A stretch of 64,000 nt of DNA from Nitrosopumilus sp. Its GTDB lineage: Archaea > Thermoproteota > Nitrososphaeria > Nitrososphaerales > Nitrosopumilaceae. Numbering within the stretch: the stretch's first letter is position 1; every line of letters starts with the position of its first letter. The DNA is taken from NCBI GenBank assembly GCA_965205675.1, contig OZ242186.1:32001-96000 (forward strand), written 5' to 3'. The position numbers and the translations under genes are program-made. Positions 31,818-42,888 of the stretch are shown piece after piece. The notes under the pieces were generated by a model, which was not told where the DNA came from, made no database searches, and was given only the letters and a program-made list of their open reading frames with translations.

Positions 31818-32891
31818 AGACCTCTTGCGCAATTAGACATATTTTACCATATTACACAGATTCCTTCACAGCAAGATCCAAAGCTAAGAACAATAACTCC
31901 ATTTCATGTTAACATACAAGCAACTCTCAAAAAAGCCAAAATCCCTTCTCTCTTTTACTGGAGTGACTAGGCAACAGTTTGATGTGATTCTAAGAGACGT
32001 CAGAAAGAATCACCGTATAGAAGAAAAGAAGAGACTATCCAAAGCAAAGAGAAAAAGAAGTATCGGAGCTGGGCGAAAGTTTGATTTGAGTCTTGAAGAC
32101 CAGCTTGTAATGTTGTTTGTTTACTATCGGATGTACCTGACATGTGAATTGACAGGATATCTGTTTGGATTAGACCAGAGCAACGTCTACAGAAACATCA
32201 GATTTAGAGCCTGCAGTAAGAAAAACAGTTCCTATTCCTGCAAAACTATACTCTGATTCTAAAAAGATAAATGATGTACAGCAACTCCAACTGTTCTTTC
32301 CTGAATTAATTGCAATGACTGATGGTACTGAACAACCAATCCCAAGACCCCAGAACAAAAAGAAAAGACTCACTATTCAGGCAAAAAGAAAAAACACACA
32401 ATAAAAAACCAAATCACCATAAACCAGAAAGGTGAGATAATCCACAAACCCCCACATTCTCCAGGTAAAAAACATGATTATGCCATACTGAAAATCAGAC
32501 ATCCAGAACTGCCCGAAGATGTGATGATATTTTATGACCTTGGGTATTTGGGAGTGGAAAAAGATTTCCCAGAACAGACAAGCATTCTACCATACAAGAA
32601 AAAGAAAGGAAAAAAACTGACCATACATCAAAAGGAATGGAACAAGATGCAGTCAAGAATCCGAATAAAAGTAGAACATATTATCTCTCAAATCAAAAAG
32701 TTTAGGATTAATTCTGAGACATTTAGGAATAGATTGTGCAGGTATGATGCAATAAGTGACATCGTATGTGGAATTGTAAATTTCAAGACAAGATGGAAGC
32801 AAGAGTTTGTTGTGATTCCATAAGATTAGAAATTATTTGAAATTAAATTCAATGAAAGATAAGATTTTGTTTGTAATTACGCAAGAGGTCT
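31818..32891 (+). mobile_element. IS5-family ISL2/IS702-like element (DDE_Tnp_4), transposase frameshifted twice
   Basis: TIRs AGACCTCTTGCGCAATTA / TAATTACGCAAGAGGTCT, 3-bp TSD AAT; SFTGVT..F, DGTEQPIPRP, YSGKKKKHT, DLGYLG, RIKVEH. Confidence 0.92.
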
Positions 32892-32944
32892 AATAAAGAT
32901 TGAAACCAAAATTCTAGCACGAAAAAGAAGTGATTCGATTTTTT

Positions 32945-33577
32945 CTAATCAGATTTCCATTGCAATAAAGAATATATCATTTCAATAAAATCTGAAAACC
33001 CCGAGTTCTCAGTCCTACTTGATACTGAATCTGTTTTAATGACTTGGCATATGCCATCTATCAGTTTAGTACCATGCCCACACAAGGGTTGAAGTTCTGA
33101 ATCTACAGTAACAGGCTGTGTTTTAATGACTTGGCATATACCATCTATCAGTTTAGTACCATGCCCACACAAGGGTTGAAGTTCTGAATCTACAGTAACA
33201 GGCTGTGTTTTAATGACTTGGCATATACCATCTATCAGTTTAGTACCATGCCCACACAAGGGTTCATCAGAAACAGTTGTAGATGTTACAGCAGAAGACA
33301 GAGTTGTCGCATTAGCAGATGGTTGTTTTGCTATATCATGGCACAACACATTACCGCAAACTTTGGAACTGTTGATTTTGCCAGAGCCTCCATTAGATTT
33401 TCTCTCAGATGGTATATCTTCTGATGTTTGCTTGTAGGTTGCAGTATTTGTTTGGTCGTTTTGTTGAGAGTCAGGATGATTGGCAGTGTTATCTTGTGTC
33501 TGAGAATATGAAATATCTACAAATGGAATTGCAAGTACTAAAAACAACACAAAAACTAAATTATAACTGTAAATCAT
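32945..33577 (-). CDS. secreted protein with Cys-bridged 29-aa repeats
   Basis: Signal peptide; VCGNVLC; three copies of PLCGHGTKLIDGICQVIKT. Confidence 0.8.
   Translation of the reverse strand: MIYSYNLVFVLFLVLAIPFVDISYSQTQDNTANHPDSQQNDQTNTATYKQTSEDIPSERKSNGGSGKINSSKVCGNVLCHDIAKQPSANATTLSSAVTSTTVSDEPLCGHGTKLIDGICQVIKTQPVTVDSELQPLCGHGTKLIDGICQVIKTQPVTVDSELQPLCGHGTKLIDGICQVIKTDSVSSRTENSGFSDFIEMIYSLLQWKSD
33032..33264. repeat. 87-bp coding tandem repeat (~2.7 units)
   Basis: Units start at 33032, 33119 and 33206 and are nearly identical. Confidence 0.92.
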
Positions 33578-33578
33578 A

Positions 33579-36500
33579 TCAATTCTCAGTACATATTGTC
33601 TGGTATGAAATATTCTGAGATACAGAAATTCCAGAACTTAATAAATTATTTGCATACTTAAAATTCATTCTAGATGAAACATCAATAGAGTCACCAGATT
33701 CTAGATTTGTTGCTATATCCTTTCTTGTATCTAGATGCATCCAAGTATTATCAATATATACTTCAGTTAGAGGTACGGATATTGGAGAATCATTATCTAC
33801 TGAAAACATTCTAAGAGTATCTATTGTTTGAACACCAGTGTTTGTGATTGTTTGTTGCTTTGTATCCGTAAGTAACGAAAAGGCATCAGCATCACCATGG
33901 TCTATAGTTGAATACTGCAGGGATATCTGACAAGTGTCAATACTTTCAAATCCTCTATCTACATAATATGTGCCAGCTAGGTACCATCCTTCATCATTAA
34001 TACCGTACACTGCATAGCTTGCATCTGACAGATCTCCAAACTCATCTAATGATACATTACCCAATGCACCATTATTTCGTTGAACTACATCAGGAATATT
34101 ACTTGCAATATCGTCAACTGATGAGCTAATACCTGCTTGCTCCATTGCAAGACCTATTGCCCAGATACTATCATATGAAGAAAAAGCATAAACGCTTGGA
34201 ATATCATCTTGAAATCTCAAATCCAAAGCAGATTTTAATTCAACAAATCTGGTAGAAGTACGATCTGCATCAAATATACATGATCTAAAATTAACATCTG
34301 ACATAAAAGATCTGATCAGAGGATCATCAACAAGACTGGAGCTAAGCACATTGGAATCTGAGCCTGTCCAAGATACCTGCCGTAGTATGGGGTAATTCAT
34401 AGATTCTTGTATAATATCTTCCAAGTCAAATCCAACATACAAAATCGCAATCTCATCTGTACTGTATGGCGAGTTAGCAATAGTATTAGCTAAATCTGAT
34501 ACCAAACTAGGAAACTGTCCATCACATGTAATATCTGTACTATCAGAACACCCTGTATATTTTCTTTGATTATCAGAGTCAGTCATACCCCCAAGGGCTT
34601 CAAACTCAGCAGATGTAGTCTGTGCAAGTCCACTACCAAAAGTATTATCAATATACAATGGAATTAGCAATTTCTTGCCATCATTATACATCAGATTTGC
34701 AATGGCAATTCCATGTTTATCATCGCTAGGTGCCAATCTAAAAATATTATCCTCGATTTGCAAGGATTCTGCAGTAGAGCAACAACTAACCAAAGACAAA
34801 TCAGCATTTTGTGAATCAATCAAATCAGTTTTGATCTTAGTTAGGCCAGCAGAAATTGATGGACCAGAAATAAATGAAACTCCGTCATCATACAATGAAG
34901 TAGCAGCTTGTAAAGAAAAATCAGCATTGGTCTGAGAATCTCTAGTATCTATGGAAAGTCTCCATTGGGCATCTTTCCCTAACAAGTACTGGTTAAAATC
35001 AGATACGGCAGTCAATGTAGAATATTTCCTATGAGCTCCTGCATTGTCTTGTCTGCCTGTTTCTGGAATTATTGCACCAATGTTAACTATGGTTTTATCA
35101 ACTCTCTGCCACTTTCCATCAGATGCAACTCTAAAAGTTTGATAATCATTAGGCGTTCTCAAATCACCATTTACATCTAAAGAGTATGTTCCTAGTGCAC
35201 CGTCATACTGAACAATAGTATCTTTTAACAAAGCCCGTACTGACTCATAGTTGTTATTAGATTCAAGTAAATTCCCTAAAAGAAATACACTATCATATGC
35301 AGCATTTGAAAATGTTGTAAAAGTAATACCAAAGGATTCTAACTCATCTTGTAATTCAAGTGAGATAATATTTGATTCTGTACCAAATGAAACAGATGTA
35401 AGGTTTACTTGGTTTGCAAAATCATCATCGATTATAGTTATATCGTTTGCAAGATTACTACTGCCATACCAAGAGACATGATTTAGAATGCTGTCTGAAT
35501 CAACTTCATCAGACAAATCAATAAAGTTCTGGGCAGAGCCGATAAACAACAAGGCAACATCTGTATTATCTGAAAATGAATTTACTGAAGATTCTAAACT
35601 AGTTACTAAGTTCGTATAATCTGAATTATTAATAAAAGAATGGATATTTGCAACATCAGCATCAAAAAGACCGGCATAATCATTTCCCCAAATATCATCC
35701 AAATGAGCAATCACAAAAGATGTCTTTTGATCTTGTGATATGATATCCGATAATGCAACAGTCTCACTTAAAACATTTGGAATTAGACGATAGACATCAT
35801 CATCTAAAAGAGCAAGTGATATTGCACTAGAAACAGGGGAGACTAAGATTGAATCAGTAAGTTCTATAAAAGAGATAGCTTCTGCAACTGCAGAACTTGT
35901 CGTAGGACCTACAAAATATCTTGTAGGATTTTTAACGAAATAACCAGTTCCAAATATTAAATCATCAGTATCATGAGCGACAACCCAAGATCGATAAGTA
36001 TCAGATAAACCTGTAGAAAAATTCACCATGGAAAACTCAAGCCATGCACCTCCTGAATCTCGAAGTGATTTAATGTAATTGGTAATTGTAATGTTGCCAT
36101 TATTGGTAATCGTATTAGCAATATCCTCAGAGAGAGGTCCTACCATGGAAGGATCATAGCCATGAGATGCCATGTACAGATCCTCTGAAGCAGTAACATT
36201 AATCACAAAAGGATAAAACAATTCTGTGTTTTTATCAAAAGCACCAGTAATTCCTACAAACTTGTTACCATCAGAATTCATATCATATGTGGTAATGACA
36301 TCGTCAAGTATATCCATCAAATCATGTCCATACCCATCATCTCCAAGAGGCGGATAATAACCCGAACCAATAACCAGACCAGATTCTTCATGGTACACAA
36401 GCAAGGAGCGTTTTATATCACGTTGACCATCTGTATCAGGAATAACAAATTCATATTGATACCACATCTCATCAAATCCACCATCTGAACTTAGCATATT

Positions 36501-38279
36501 ATAGACTGAACTAAATTCTCTATCCGAATTCTCTATCAAATCACCAATGTGTTTTCCCTGCAAGTTTGCCTGGTCAAAACCGTGTTCTACAATTATACCG
36601 TCGCTATTTATCACAAAAGGATACAAAAGATCTCCTCCTATTTCGGGTAGATTGTTCCAATTACTAGAATCATTAGGTATTGCTGAAAATGGATTGTTCA
36701 TATCACTAGAATCATAGTTATTATCAATCACATCATCAATTACTTGTCGTAGCTCATCATGATAAAAGTCATCATATACACCATAGTGTACGGCATTTAA
36801 TGCAGGAAGCACACCATTAGTTATATCTATGGTAGTCAATTTAATGGCCACATCAGATGTTTCAAAGTTTCTGCTGGCAAGTGCAAAAGTTACTGCAAAA
36901 TCATCATCAAACAAAGGCGCATTGCCAAGATCAAGCAGTGCGTCAATATTTATAACATTTACAGGAGTGTCGTCAACAAAAGATATTACATATCTGCCAT
37001 CTGCATAATATGTACCAATTCTCTGCCAGGTATTATCTTCAATTCCAAATACTCCAAAATCAACTGATGTCAAATCCCCAAATTTATCAAGAGTAATATT
37101 CCCTAATGAACCATCATCATAATTATTTATTATATCTGTAAGATCTACTCCATCATAATCATAATTGGCACCACCTGCAGCATCTATAGCTAAGCCTATC
37201 ACCCAGATACTATCATATGCAGAGTAGACATATTTCAGTAGGATCTCATCTGAGAATGAAGATGTCAGTCTAGAGTTTAGTGATGCAAATCTATCAGTAT
37301 CTGATTCAAATTCAAATGTGTATGTTCTAAAGTTTGTATCAGTCAGAAATTCACTGATTTTAGAATCATCTACAAGTTCTGTTTTTAAAACATCAACATC
37401 AGAGCCAACCCATTGAACTAAACGTAACGCAGGATACTTTGATGCCTCTGATATAAAATCCTGTGAGTTGAAACCAACATAAAAAATAAAGATTTTGTCA
37501 GCTCCTACTGTTTTGATTTGTTGTATTACAATATCATTTAGATCAGAGATCAAAGATGGGAACTGATCATCACAAGTCGGGTTGGCATTTCCATAAACAT
37601 CACCATTTTTATCAGTACAATTACTATATGATAAAATTCCATTATAGTTAGTATGTGATACACTTAGCTCATCTGATGTTTGATATATGGCAGTACCATC
37701 TAACTCTTCAAACGCACTAATAGTACTAACAGATAATCCACGACCAAAAGAATCATCAACATGTACTGGAATCACCACAGTCTTGCCTTCAATATGCATT
37801 AAATTTGCAATTACTGATCCATGTTTTGCATGACTAGGAGCAAGACGAAAAATATTATCTGTTATGGCAAGCTCAGAAGATGTAGAATAATAACTGACTA
37901 GAGACAGGTTTGTATCGATATCATCAACAATTGGTTTTATTTCATTAATCGAGTCAGAATGTGCAGGACCTGAGATAAATTCAACGCCTCGATTTATCAA
38001 AGTCTCTGCATTAGTTAATGCTGTATCTGCCTCAGAATTTGTATCTTGTATATCTACTTCAAGACACCAATCTTTTTGGTTATCTACAAGATATTCATTA
38101 AAGTCATTAATTGCCTGTTGTATTGCATATGTTGTTTGTGAGCCAATAATGTTTTGTAACGAACCAGTTTGTGGCACTAGCGCACCAATTGTTACGGCAT
38201 TACATTGCTGAGCTGAAACTGAAGGTACAGATGTTATGAGAATCACTGTCATCAAAAATAATAATATATGAGATTTCAT
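33579..38279 (-). CDS. giant secreted protein: three LivJ-like type-1 solute-binding domains, two Cache domains, C-terminal beta domain
   Basis: Repeated IGAL.P.TG, FISGP..S, IFRLAPS, YSAYDSIW, G.LG.I.LD.FGD; Cache-like YPFVIN..HG..W..Y/F....K/YRS....LVIGSGYY twice. Confidence 0.85.
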   Translation of the reverse strand: MKSHILLFLMTVILITSVPSVSAQQCNAVTIGALVPQTGSLQNIIGSQTTYAIQQAINDFNEYLVDNQKDWCLEVDIQDTNSEADTALTNAETLINRGVEFISGPAHSDSINEIKPIVDDIDTNLSLVSYYSTSSELAITDNIFRLAPSHAKHGSVIANLMHIEGKTVVIPVHVDDSFGRGLSVSTISAFEELDGTAIYQTSDELSVSHTNYNGILSYSNCTDKNGDVYGNANPTCDDQFPSLISDLNDIVIQQIKTVGADKIFIFYVGFNSQDFISEASKYPALRLVQWVGSDVDVLKTELVDDSKISEFLTDTNFRTYTFEFESDTDRFASLNSRLTSSFSDEILLKYVYSAYDSIWVIGLAIDAAGGANYDYDGVDLTDIINNYDDGSLGNITLDKFGDLTSVDFGVFGIEDNTWQRIGTYYADGRYVISFVDDTPVNVINIDALLDLGNAPLFDDDFAVTFALASRNFETSDVAIKLTTIDITNGVLPALNAVHYGVYDDFYHDELRQVIDDVIDNNYDSSDMNNPFSAIPNDSSNWNNLPEIGGDLLYPFVINSDGIIVEHGFDQANLQGKHIGDLIENSDREFSSVYNMLSSDGGFDEMWYQYEFVIPDTDGQRDIKRSLLVYHEESGLVIGSGYYPPLGDDGYGHDLMDILDDVITTYDMNSDGNKFVGITGAFDKNTELFYPFVINVTASEDLYMASHGYDPSMVGPLSEDIANTITNNGNITITNYIKSLRDSGGAWLEFSMVNFSTGLSDTYRSWVVAHDTDDLIFGTGYFVKNPTRYFVGPTTSSAVAEAISFIELTDSILVSPVSSAISLALLDDDVYRLIPNVLSETVALSDIISQDQKTSFVIAHLDDIWGNDYAGLFDADVANIHSFINNSDYTNLVTSLESSVNSFSDNTDVALLFIGSAQNFIDLSDEVDSDSILNHVSWYGSSNLANDITIIDDDFANQVNLTSVSFGTESNIISLELQDELESFGITFTTFSNAAYDSVFLLGNLLESNNNYESVRALLKDTIVQYDGALGTYSLDVNGDLRTPNDYQTFRVASDGKWQRVDKTIVNIGAIIPETGRQDNAGAHRKYSTLTAVSDFNQYLLGKDAQWRLSIDTRDSQTNADFSLQAATSLYDDGVSFISGPSISAGLTKIKTDLIDSQNADLSLVSCCSTAESLQIEDNIFRLAPSDDKHGIAIANLMYNDGKKLLIPLYIDNTFGSGLAQTTSAEFEALGGMTDSDNQRKYTGCSDSTDITCDGQFPSLVSDLANTIANSPYSTDEIAILYVGFDLEDIIQESMNYPILRQVSWTGSDSNVLSSSLVDDPLIRSFMSDVNFRSCIFDADRTSTRFVELKSALDLRFQDDIPSVYAFSSYDSIWAIGLAMEQAGISSSVDDIASNIPDVVQRNNGALGNVSLDEFGDLSDASYAVYGINDEGWYLAGTYYVDRGFESIDTCQISLQYSTIDHGDADAFSLLTDTKQQTITNTGVQTIDTLRMFSVDNDSPISVPLTEVYIDNTWMHLDTRKDIATNLESGDSIDVSSRMNFKYANNLLSSGISVSQNISYQTICTEN

Positions 38280-38651
38280 TGTTTAGATGTTAGGATATAA
38301 CAATAAATTCTTTTAGGGCTCTAACATCTTCAGTAGATGGGAAAGTAACTCAAGTTACACATTCTAGAAAATAATTATTTTTGTTATTTCTAAAATAATG
38401 AATAATTATCTTTACAAAGAAATATTTGAGAATTTCAATTGATATTATTGGTTTGTGATTTTGTACATTAGTTTCTTCTGAGATAATCAAATTAGCAATT
38501 ATCCATGCATTGTACAAAATCAATGAATAGTAAAAATACAACAATCTTATGGATTGGTTTGAACTGGTGGTTTTTGGTCTGAACCTTCCCACACATGCAT
38601 AGCCTGTTTCAATCCCCCAACGTTTCTTGTAATCAGTTGGAATGTTTTGTA

Positions 38652-39741
38652 TACCCCAGATCATAAGTCTTTTCAATTTATTGTTCTTGCAAAATACTGA
38701 TACATATTCAAATTGAATTTGTGCGTTCTAAAATATTCCATAACTGTATACCTCATTTCATGAATAGATTCATAAAATTCTGATTCAACATTAACATGTT
38801 TGCACTGTCTCCAAACCTCTTCAATCATACTCAAATGTGGAGAACCTCTTGGAAGATATGCCAGTTTAACATCTTTGTTTTTACGCAGATATTTTTTTAC
38901 ATCATTAGCTTTGTGTTGCGGTGCTCTATCGACGATAACAAATATTTTTCCAAATTTTCTACGAGCTGCTTCCAAATAATCTATAAATGCAATTGAATTA
39001 AATTTTTCATACGATCTAAAAAAACTTTGATTATCATCATTTCCATAAACCAAAAATCTTTGATGTGATCCTCTCCAATGCACAATTAATCTTTGGTGTG
39101 CATCTGTCCAGTATTTTTTGCCAAGACGTACATCGTCTACAAATACTGATTCGTCTTGGATAAATACTGTAAAACCTTTCTTTTTTGCCTTTTCTATGCG
39201 TGAAATGATGCGGTTTTTCCACTTGCGACATACATCCTTGGATGCGGCACGTACATGTAGTTTTTGTGGAACCTTTGGTTTTAGATTCCATTTATGCATC
39301 AAACGACGCACGTGAGTGATATGATATGTAATGCGTGTTCTGTAAAATATGAATTGTATCAGTTTTTTTGGAGTCATGCCGTCTGAAATTTTCTTAAATG
39401 TACGCTCTATTTTTTGTAATTTTTTGTGTGAAATTAATGGCGGACGGCCAGAACGAGGGAGATCCTCCAGGCCCTCCAATCCATATTTTTCAAATGAATC
39501 TAGCCAGTTCCTTACAGAGTTGTAGGTACAAAACATTTGGTTGGCAGTTTCAGCAATTGTGGATTCGTTGATTTTAATCTTACACATTGCATGCAGTCTT
39601 TCCTTTTTCTTACCGTACTTTTCTTTTTTGTAGGCCTGGAGTAACTCGTCATTTGTAATGTCCATGAAATTATTTCTAACTACTGATCAAAAAGTATTGC
39701 TATTTGTTTTGAAAAATTGCAAAGAATTATGCTCCAAGGTA
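38652..39741 (-). mobile_element. IS630-family element with single-ORF transposase (38673-39665)
   Basis: HTH..RSGRPP, FIQDES, IVDRAPQH, LSMIEEVW; TACC..GGTA ends with TA duplication; removal restores the ISH3 frame (YN-I-QNIP). Confidence 0.92.
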
Positions 39742-40592
39742 TATGTTATATGATATTTCTTTTGGTGAAATATTTGTTGCAAACACAACATACTGATCAA
39801 TAATATCTGATTTTTTTCTTGCATTTTTGTTTGGCAGAATAACTAGATTAAATGATTCTACATGTCCTGATGATGATTTTATTGTGTATGGCGAGATTGA
39901 CTTTCTATCTCCATTAACGTATTGTACAATTGCATCTTTGATTCGAGAATTCTTTTTTGCAGGCATTAGAAATTTCAGATTCTTTTGTTTTATTTCTGAA
40001 ATTGTTCCAGCTGTGAAAAACTCCCTATCCACTAGCAATAGTTTAATCTTGATTCCATTATTGATGCCATCAGAGAGTAATTTACGCACAAAATCGGCAT
40101 TTGATTTGTTGTCATACAAAGGATAACAACCTAATTGAGCCCTGATTCTTTTTTCAACGCACTGCATGGTGCAGTAACTCTCAAAATGAGTAGTACTGTT
40201 TTTAGATTTTGATTTTATTAAAGAATGGTTTGGCAATTTGTCATATCTTGGGATTAGATGTTTGTCAATTGCTACAGTAACTGGTTGTTCCAATACTCCC
40301 AATTCTTGTAATTTTGATACTGTACTATCTAGTGACTGATGTAATTGAATCTGCATTGTTTTTTGTGATATTTTTGATATGATTTTTCTCAACCATAAAC
40401 CAGTTGGAGAAGCATTATCTGATTCCATTGCCAGTCTCTTTAATCCAGATTCAGAATATGAATTTCCCAAACACAATGACATGACAGAATTGTGTGCATC
40501 TGCATTGTGGAACCGTGAGTTATTTTTACTAGAGCATGGAAACAATAAGATATTGTACATTATTTTAGTGATAATCTCAAATGCTTTAGATA

Positions 40593-40732
40593 AGACCTCT
40601 TGCGTAATTATAGAGATTTTTTCTCAAATTTTGTATTTTAACAGAATTCATACCTGAAAATTCAAATTTTTCAACCAATTTGAAAAATCCTCCAGCAAAA
40701 TTCACGCCTAGAAATAATTACGCAAGACGTCT
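40593..40732. mobile_element. MITE family A (140 bp, ISL2-type ends)
   Basis: TIRs AGACCTCTTGCGTAATTAT / ATAATTACGCAAGACGTCT, TSD ATA; reverse-complement copy at 55250-55389. Confidence 0.92.
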
Positions 40733-40884
40733 ATAGTATCACGCCTTGGTGTGTCATGGTATCAAATGAAGTACAATGCATATTTGATGGAGTGACATAC
40801 TTCCATCAAGCTTTTTCTATCTGAATAGATTGATTGAATAATTGATAGTTTTTGATCTAAATTGAGTTACTTTCCCATCTACTG

Positions 40885-40959
40885 AGATTCAAGCTTGATG
40901 TTGCAAATTATATCTTTAGAAATCCCGCAAAAATGTTCACGAACTTTTGATCGTCGCTA
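40885..40959 (+). mobile_element. 3' end of an IS630 transposase carrying the MITE-B terminus
   Basis: RFKLDVANYIFRNPAKMFTNF* ends inside GTTCACGAACTTTTGATCGTCGCTA-TA. Confidence 0.65.
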
Positions 40960-41042
40960 TAGAAATCCTATTTTCTTGTGAAATTTCAATTCTTGTGACA
41001 AAAATAATTTTTTTAATTTGTTTTTTAATTAATTCAAATATT

Positions 41043-41942
41043 TTAATTAATTTCTATTTCTAACAGATCTTTTGCAGTTATTACTGAATCATGAATTTTT
41101 AGTGCTTCATTCAAATGTTCGATTTCATCTTTGTATCTTGCTGAAAAATGTGTTAAAATTAAATTTTTTACTTTAGCATTTTTACCTAAGGTTGCAGCTT
41201 GTTTAGCAGTAGAATGACACGTATCTTGTGCCCTTTGTTTTTCTTCCTCTAAAAATGTAGAATCAAATACAAGATAATCACAATTTTTAAAAAATTTTTC
41301 TAATTCTATGGTGGGCATCGTATCACCAGATATTCCTATTTTTTTACCTGGTCGCTTTTCTCCTAATACCTGATCTGGTTTTATTTTATTATTATCAACT
41401 ATAATTTCATTACCTTTTTGTAATTCACTCCATAGTTTACCTTTGGGAATTCCCAATTCTTTTGCTTTATCAAGATCAAATCTACCAGATTTATCTTTTT
41501 CTTCAAATAAATATGAAAATGCTGTAACTGAATGATTTGCTTTACAAACATGTATTGAAAATTTTTCATCTTCAAATACTTTACCCTCTTTGATCACTGT
41601 TATCAAAACCGAAAATGACAATCCAAAATTTAATACTTTAATGTTCGCTGCAATAAATTCCTCAATTCCACTTGGTCCAAAAATTTCTAATGTTTCAGTT
41701 CTATTTTGCATAGACATTGTTTGTAGTAATCCTAAAATTCCTACACAATGATCTCCATGTAGATGTGTAACAAACATTTTCATTTTTTTGTTCCACCCAA
41801 AACCTGATTTCATAAAAGATATTTGTGCTGCTTCACCTGCATCAAACATCAGGATCTCGCCATCTTTCTCTAAACAAATACATGACAGTCCCCTGTTTTC
41901 AGTTGGTTGAGCTGCTGATGTGCCCAGAAATACAAGTTTCAT
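41043..41942 (-). CDS. rnz: ribonuclease Z
   Basis: FLGTSAAQP, DAGE, THLHGDH, SGDT, HST, THFSARY. Confidence 0.96.
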   Translation of the reverse strand: MKLVFLGTSAAQPTENRGLSCICLEKDGEILMFDAGEAAQISFMKSGFGWNKKMKMFVTHLHGDHCVGILGLLQTMSMQNRTETLEIFGPSGIEEFIAANIKVLNFGLSFSVLITVIKEGKVFEDEKFSIHVCKANHSVTAFSYLFEEKDKSGRFDLDKAKELGIPKGKLWSELQKGNEIIVDNNKIKPDQVLGEKRPGKKIGISGDTMPTIELEKFFKNCDYLVFDSTFLEEEKQRAQDTCHSTAKQAATLGKNAKVKNLILTHFSARYKDEIEHLNEALKIHDSVITAKDLLEIEIN

Positions 41943-42886
41943 TTAATTAGAATTGTTCTTGTCAAGCTTTTATGCCTATAGATATGATATTTTTTCAAGC
42001 CTTTTAATTCAGAATTAAAATCTAGCTCTTCTTTGTACATTATTGCGACTTTTTTTTGCTTTGGTATAATTGAAAAAAATTTCTTTAGTATTTCTTGAGG
42101 TTTTTCTGTGGTTTTTGAGGCTATTCCATATGGCAAGTCTGTTACAATTCCGTCAAATTTGTCTGAAATTTTTGATAATTCTTGAAATTCAGATTTTATT
42201 ACTTCAGAACGATATTTGTTAGCTTTGAGATTTTCTTTAGCGATATCACACATTTTCTCATCAAAATCTAATCCAATTCCACGAATTCCCATTGATTCTG
42301 CTTCAAGAAGTGTTGTACCTGTTCCACAAAATGGATCACAAACAGTCTCTCCTTTTTTTAGTCCTATCAAATTAATCATCACTCTTGTTAATTTCCAATC
42401 TAATTCATGAGGATATTTTTTAATCTTTTTTGCTCTAATTTGATTTCTAATTCGTTTTGAAAACCCAAAGAAATTTTCAGTATTTGTAAAAATTAAGTAT
42501 ACGATAATATCTGGATTTTTCAAGTTTACTTTTATGTGAGAAAATTTTGATATCATGTCTCCCATCGAATTCTCTAATTCTGGAATGTTAAATTGATTTG
42601 AAGATAAATTAACTATTCTACAAACAAATGTTTTAGTATTTTTTAAAATTCCTATATTTTCTTCATCTAAAAATAAACCAGACATTTTTCGTAATATTTG
42701 ACCTGAGGTTTTTACAAATGTAGCTCGTTTTGCTATTTCATTCCAATTAGTTTTTGATTGAACAACAACTAAATTTGATATAACTTTGATTTTAGAAAAT
42801 CTATCATATATTTTTGCTATGGAATTAATTTCATCTATTGCAAGTTCTAAATAATCTTTAGATAATATAAAAAAGCTTTCTGGCAT
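41939..42886 (-). CDS. tRNA (guanine-10-N2) methyltransferase Trm11-like
   Basis: THUMP-like N-terminus; DPFCGTGT, TDLPYG, HKSLTR. Confidence 0.8.
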   Translation of the reverse strand: MPESFFILSKDYLELAIDEINSIAKIYDRFSKIKVISNLVVVQSKTNWNEIAKRATFVKTSGQILRKMSGLFLDEENIGILKNTKTFVCRIVNLSSNQFNIPELENSMGDMISKFSHIKVNLKNPDIIVYLIFTNTENFFGFSKRIRNQIRAKKIKKYPHELDWKLTRVMINLIGLKKGETVCDPFCGTGTTLLEAESMGIRGIGLDFDEKMCDIAKENLKANKYRSEVIKSEFQELSKISDKFDGIVTDLPYGIASKTTEKPQEILKKFFSIIPKQKKVAIMYKEELDFNSELKGLKKYHIYRHKSLTRTILIK

Positions 42887-42888
42887 TA

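Larger units (their letters stand above)
38331..40884 (-). mobile_element. ISH3-family element interrupted by IS630 and a MITE
   Basis: Perfect 23-bp TIRs CAGTAGATGGGAAAGTAACTCAA; transposase pieces 39727-40560 (VAIDKHLIPRY, LLVDREFF) and 38350-38651 (YKKRWGIETGY). Confidence 0.9.

Noticed and set aside
33032-33264. CRISPR array
   Set aside because: The segments between repeats are identical and the 87-bp unit is in-frame coding sequence; no cas genes in the window
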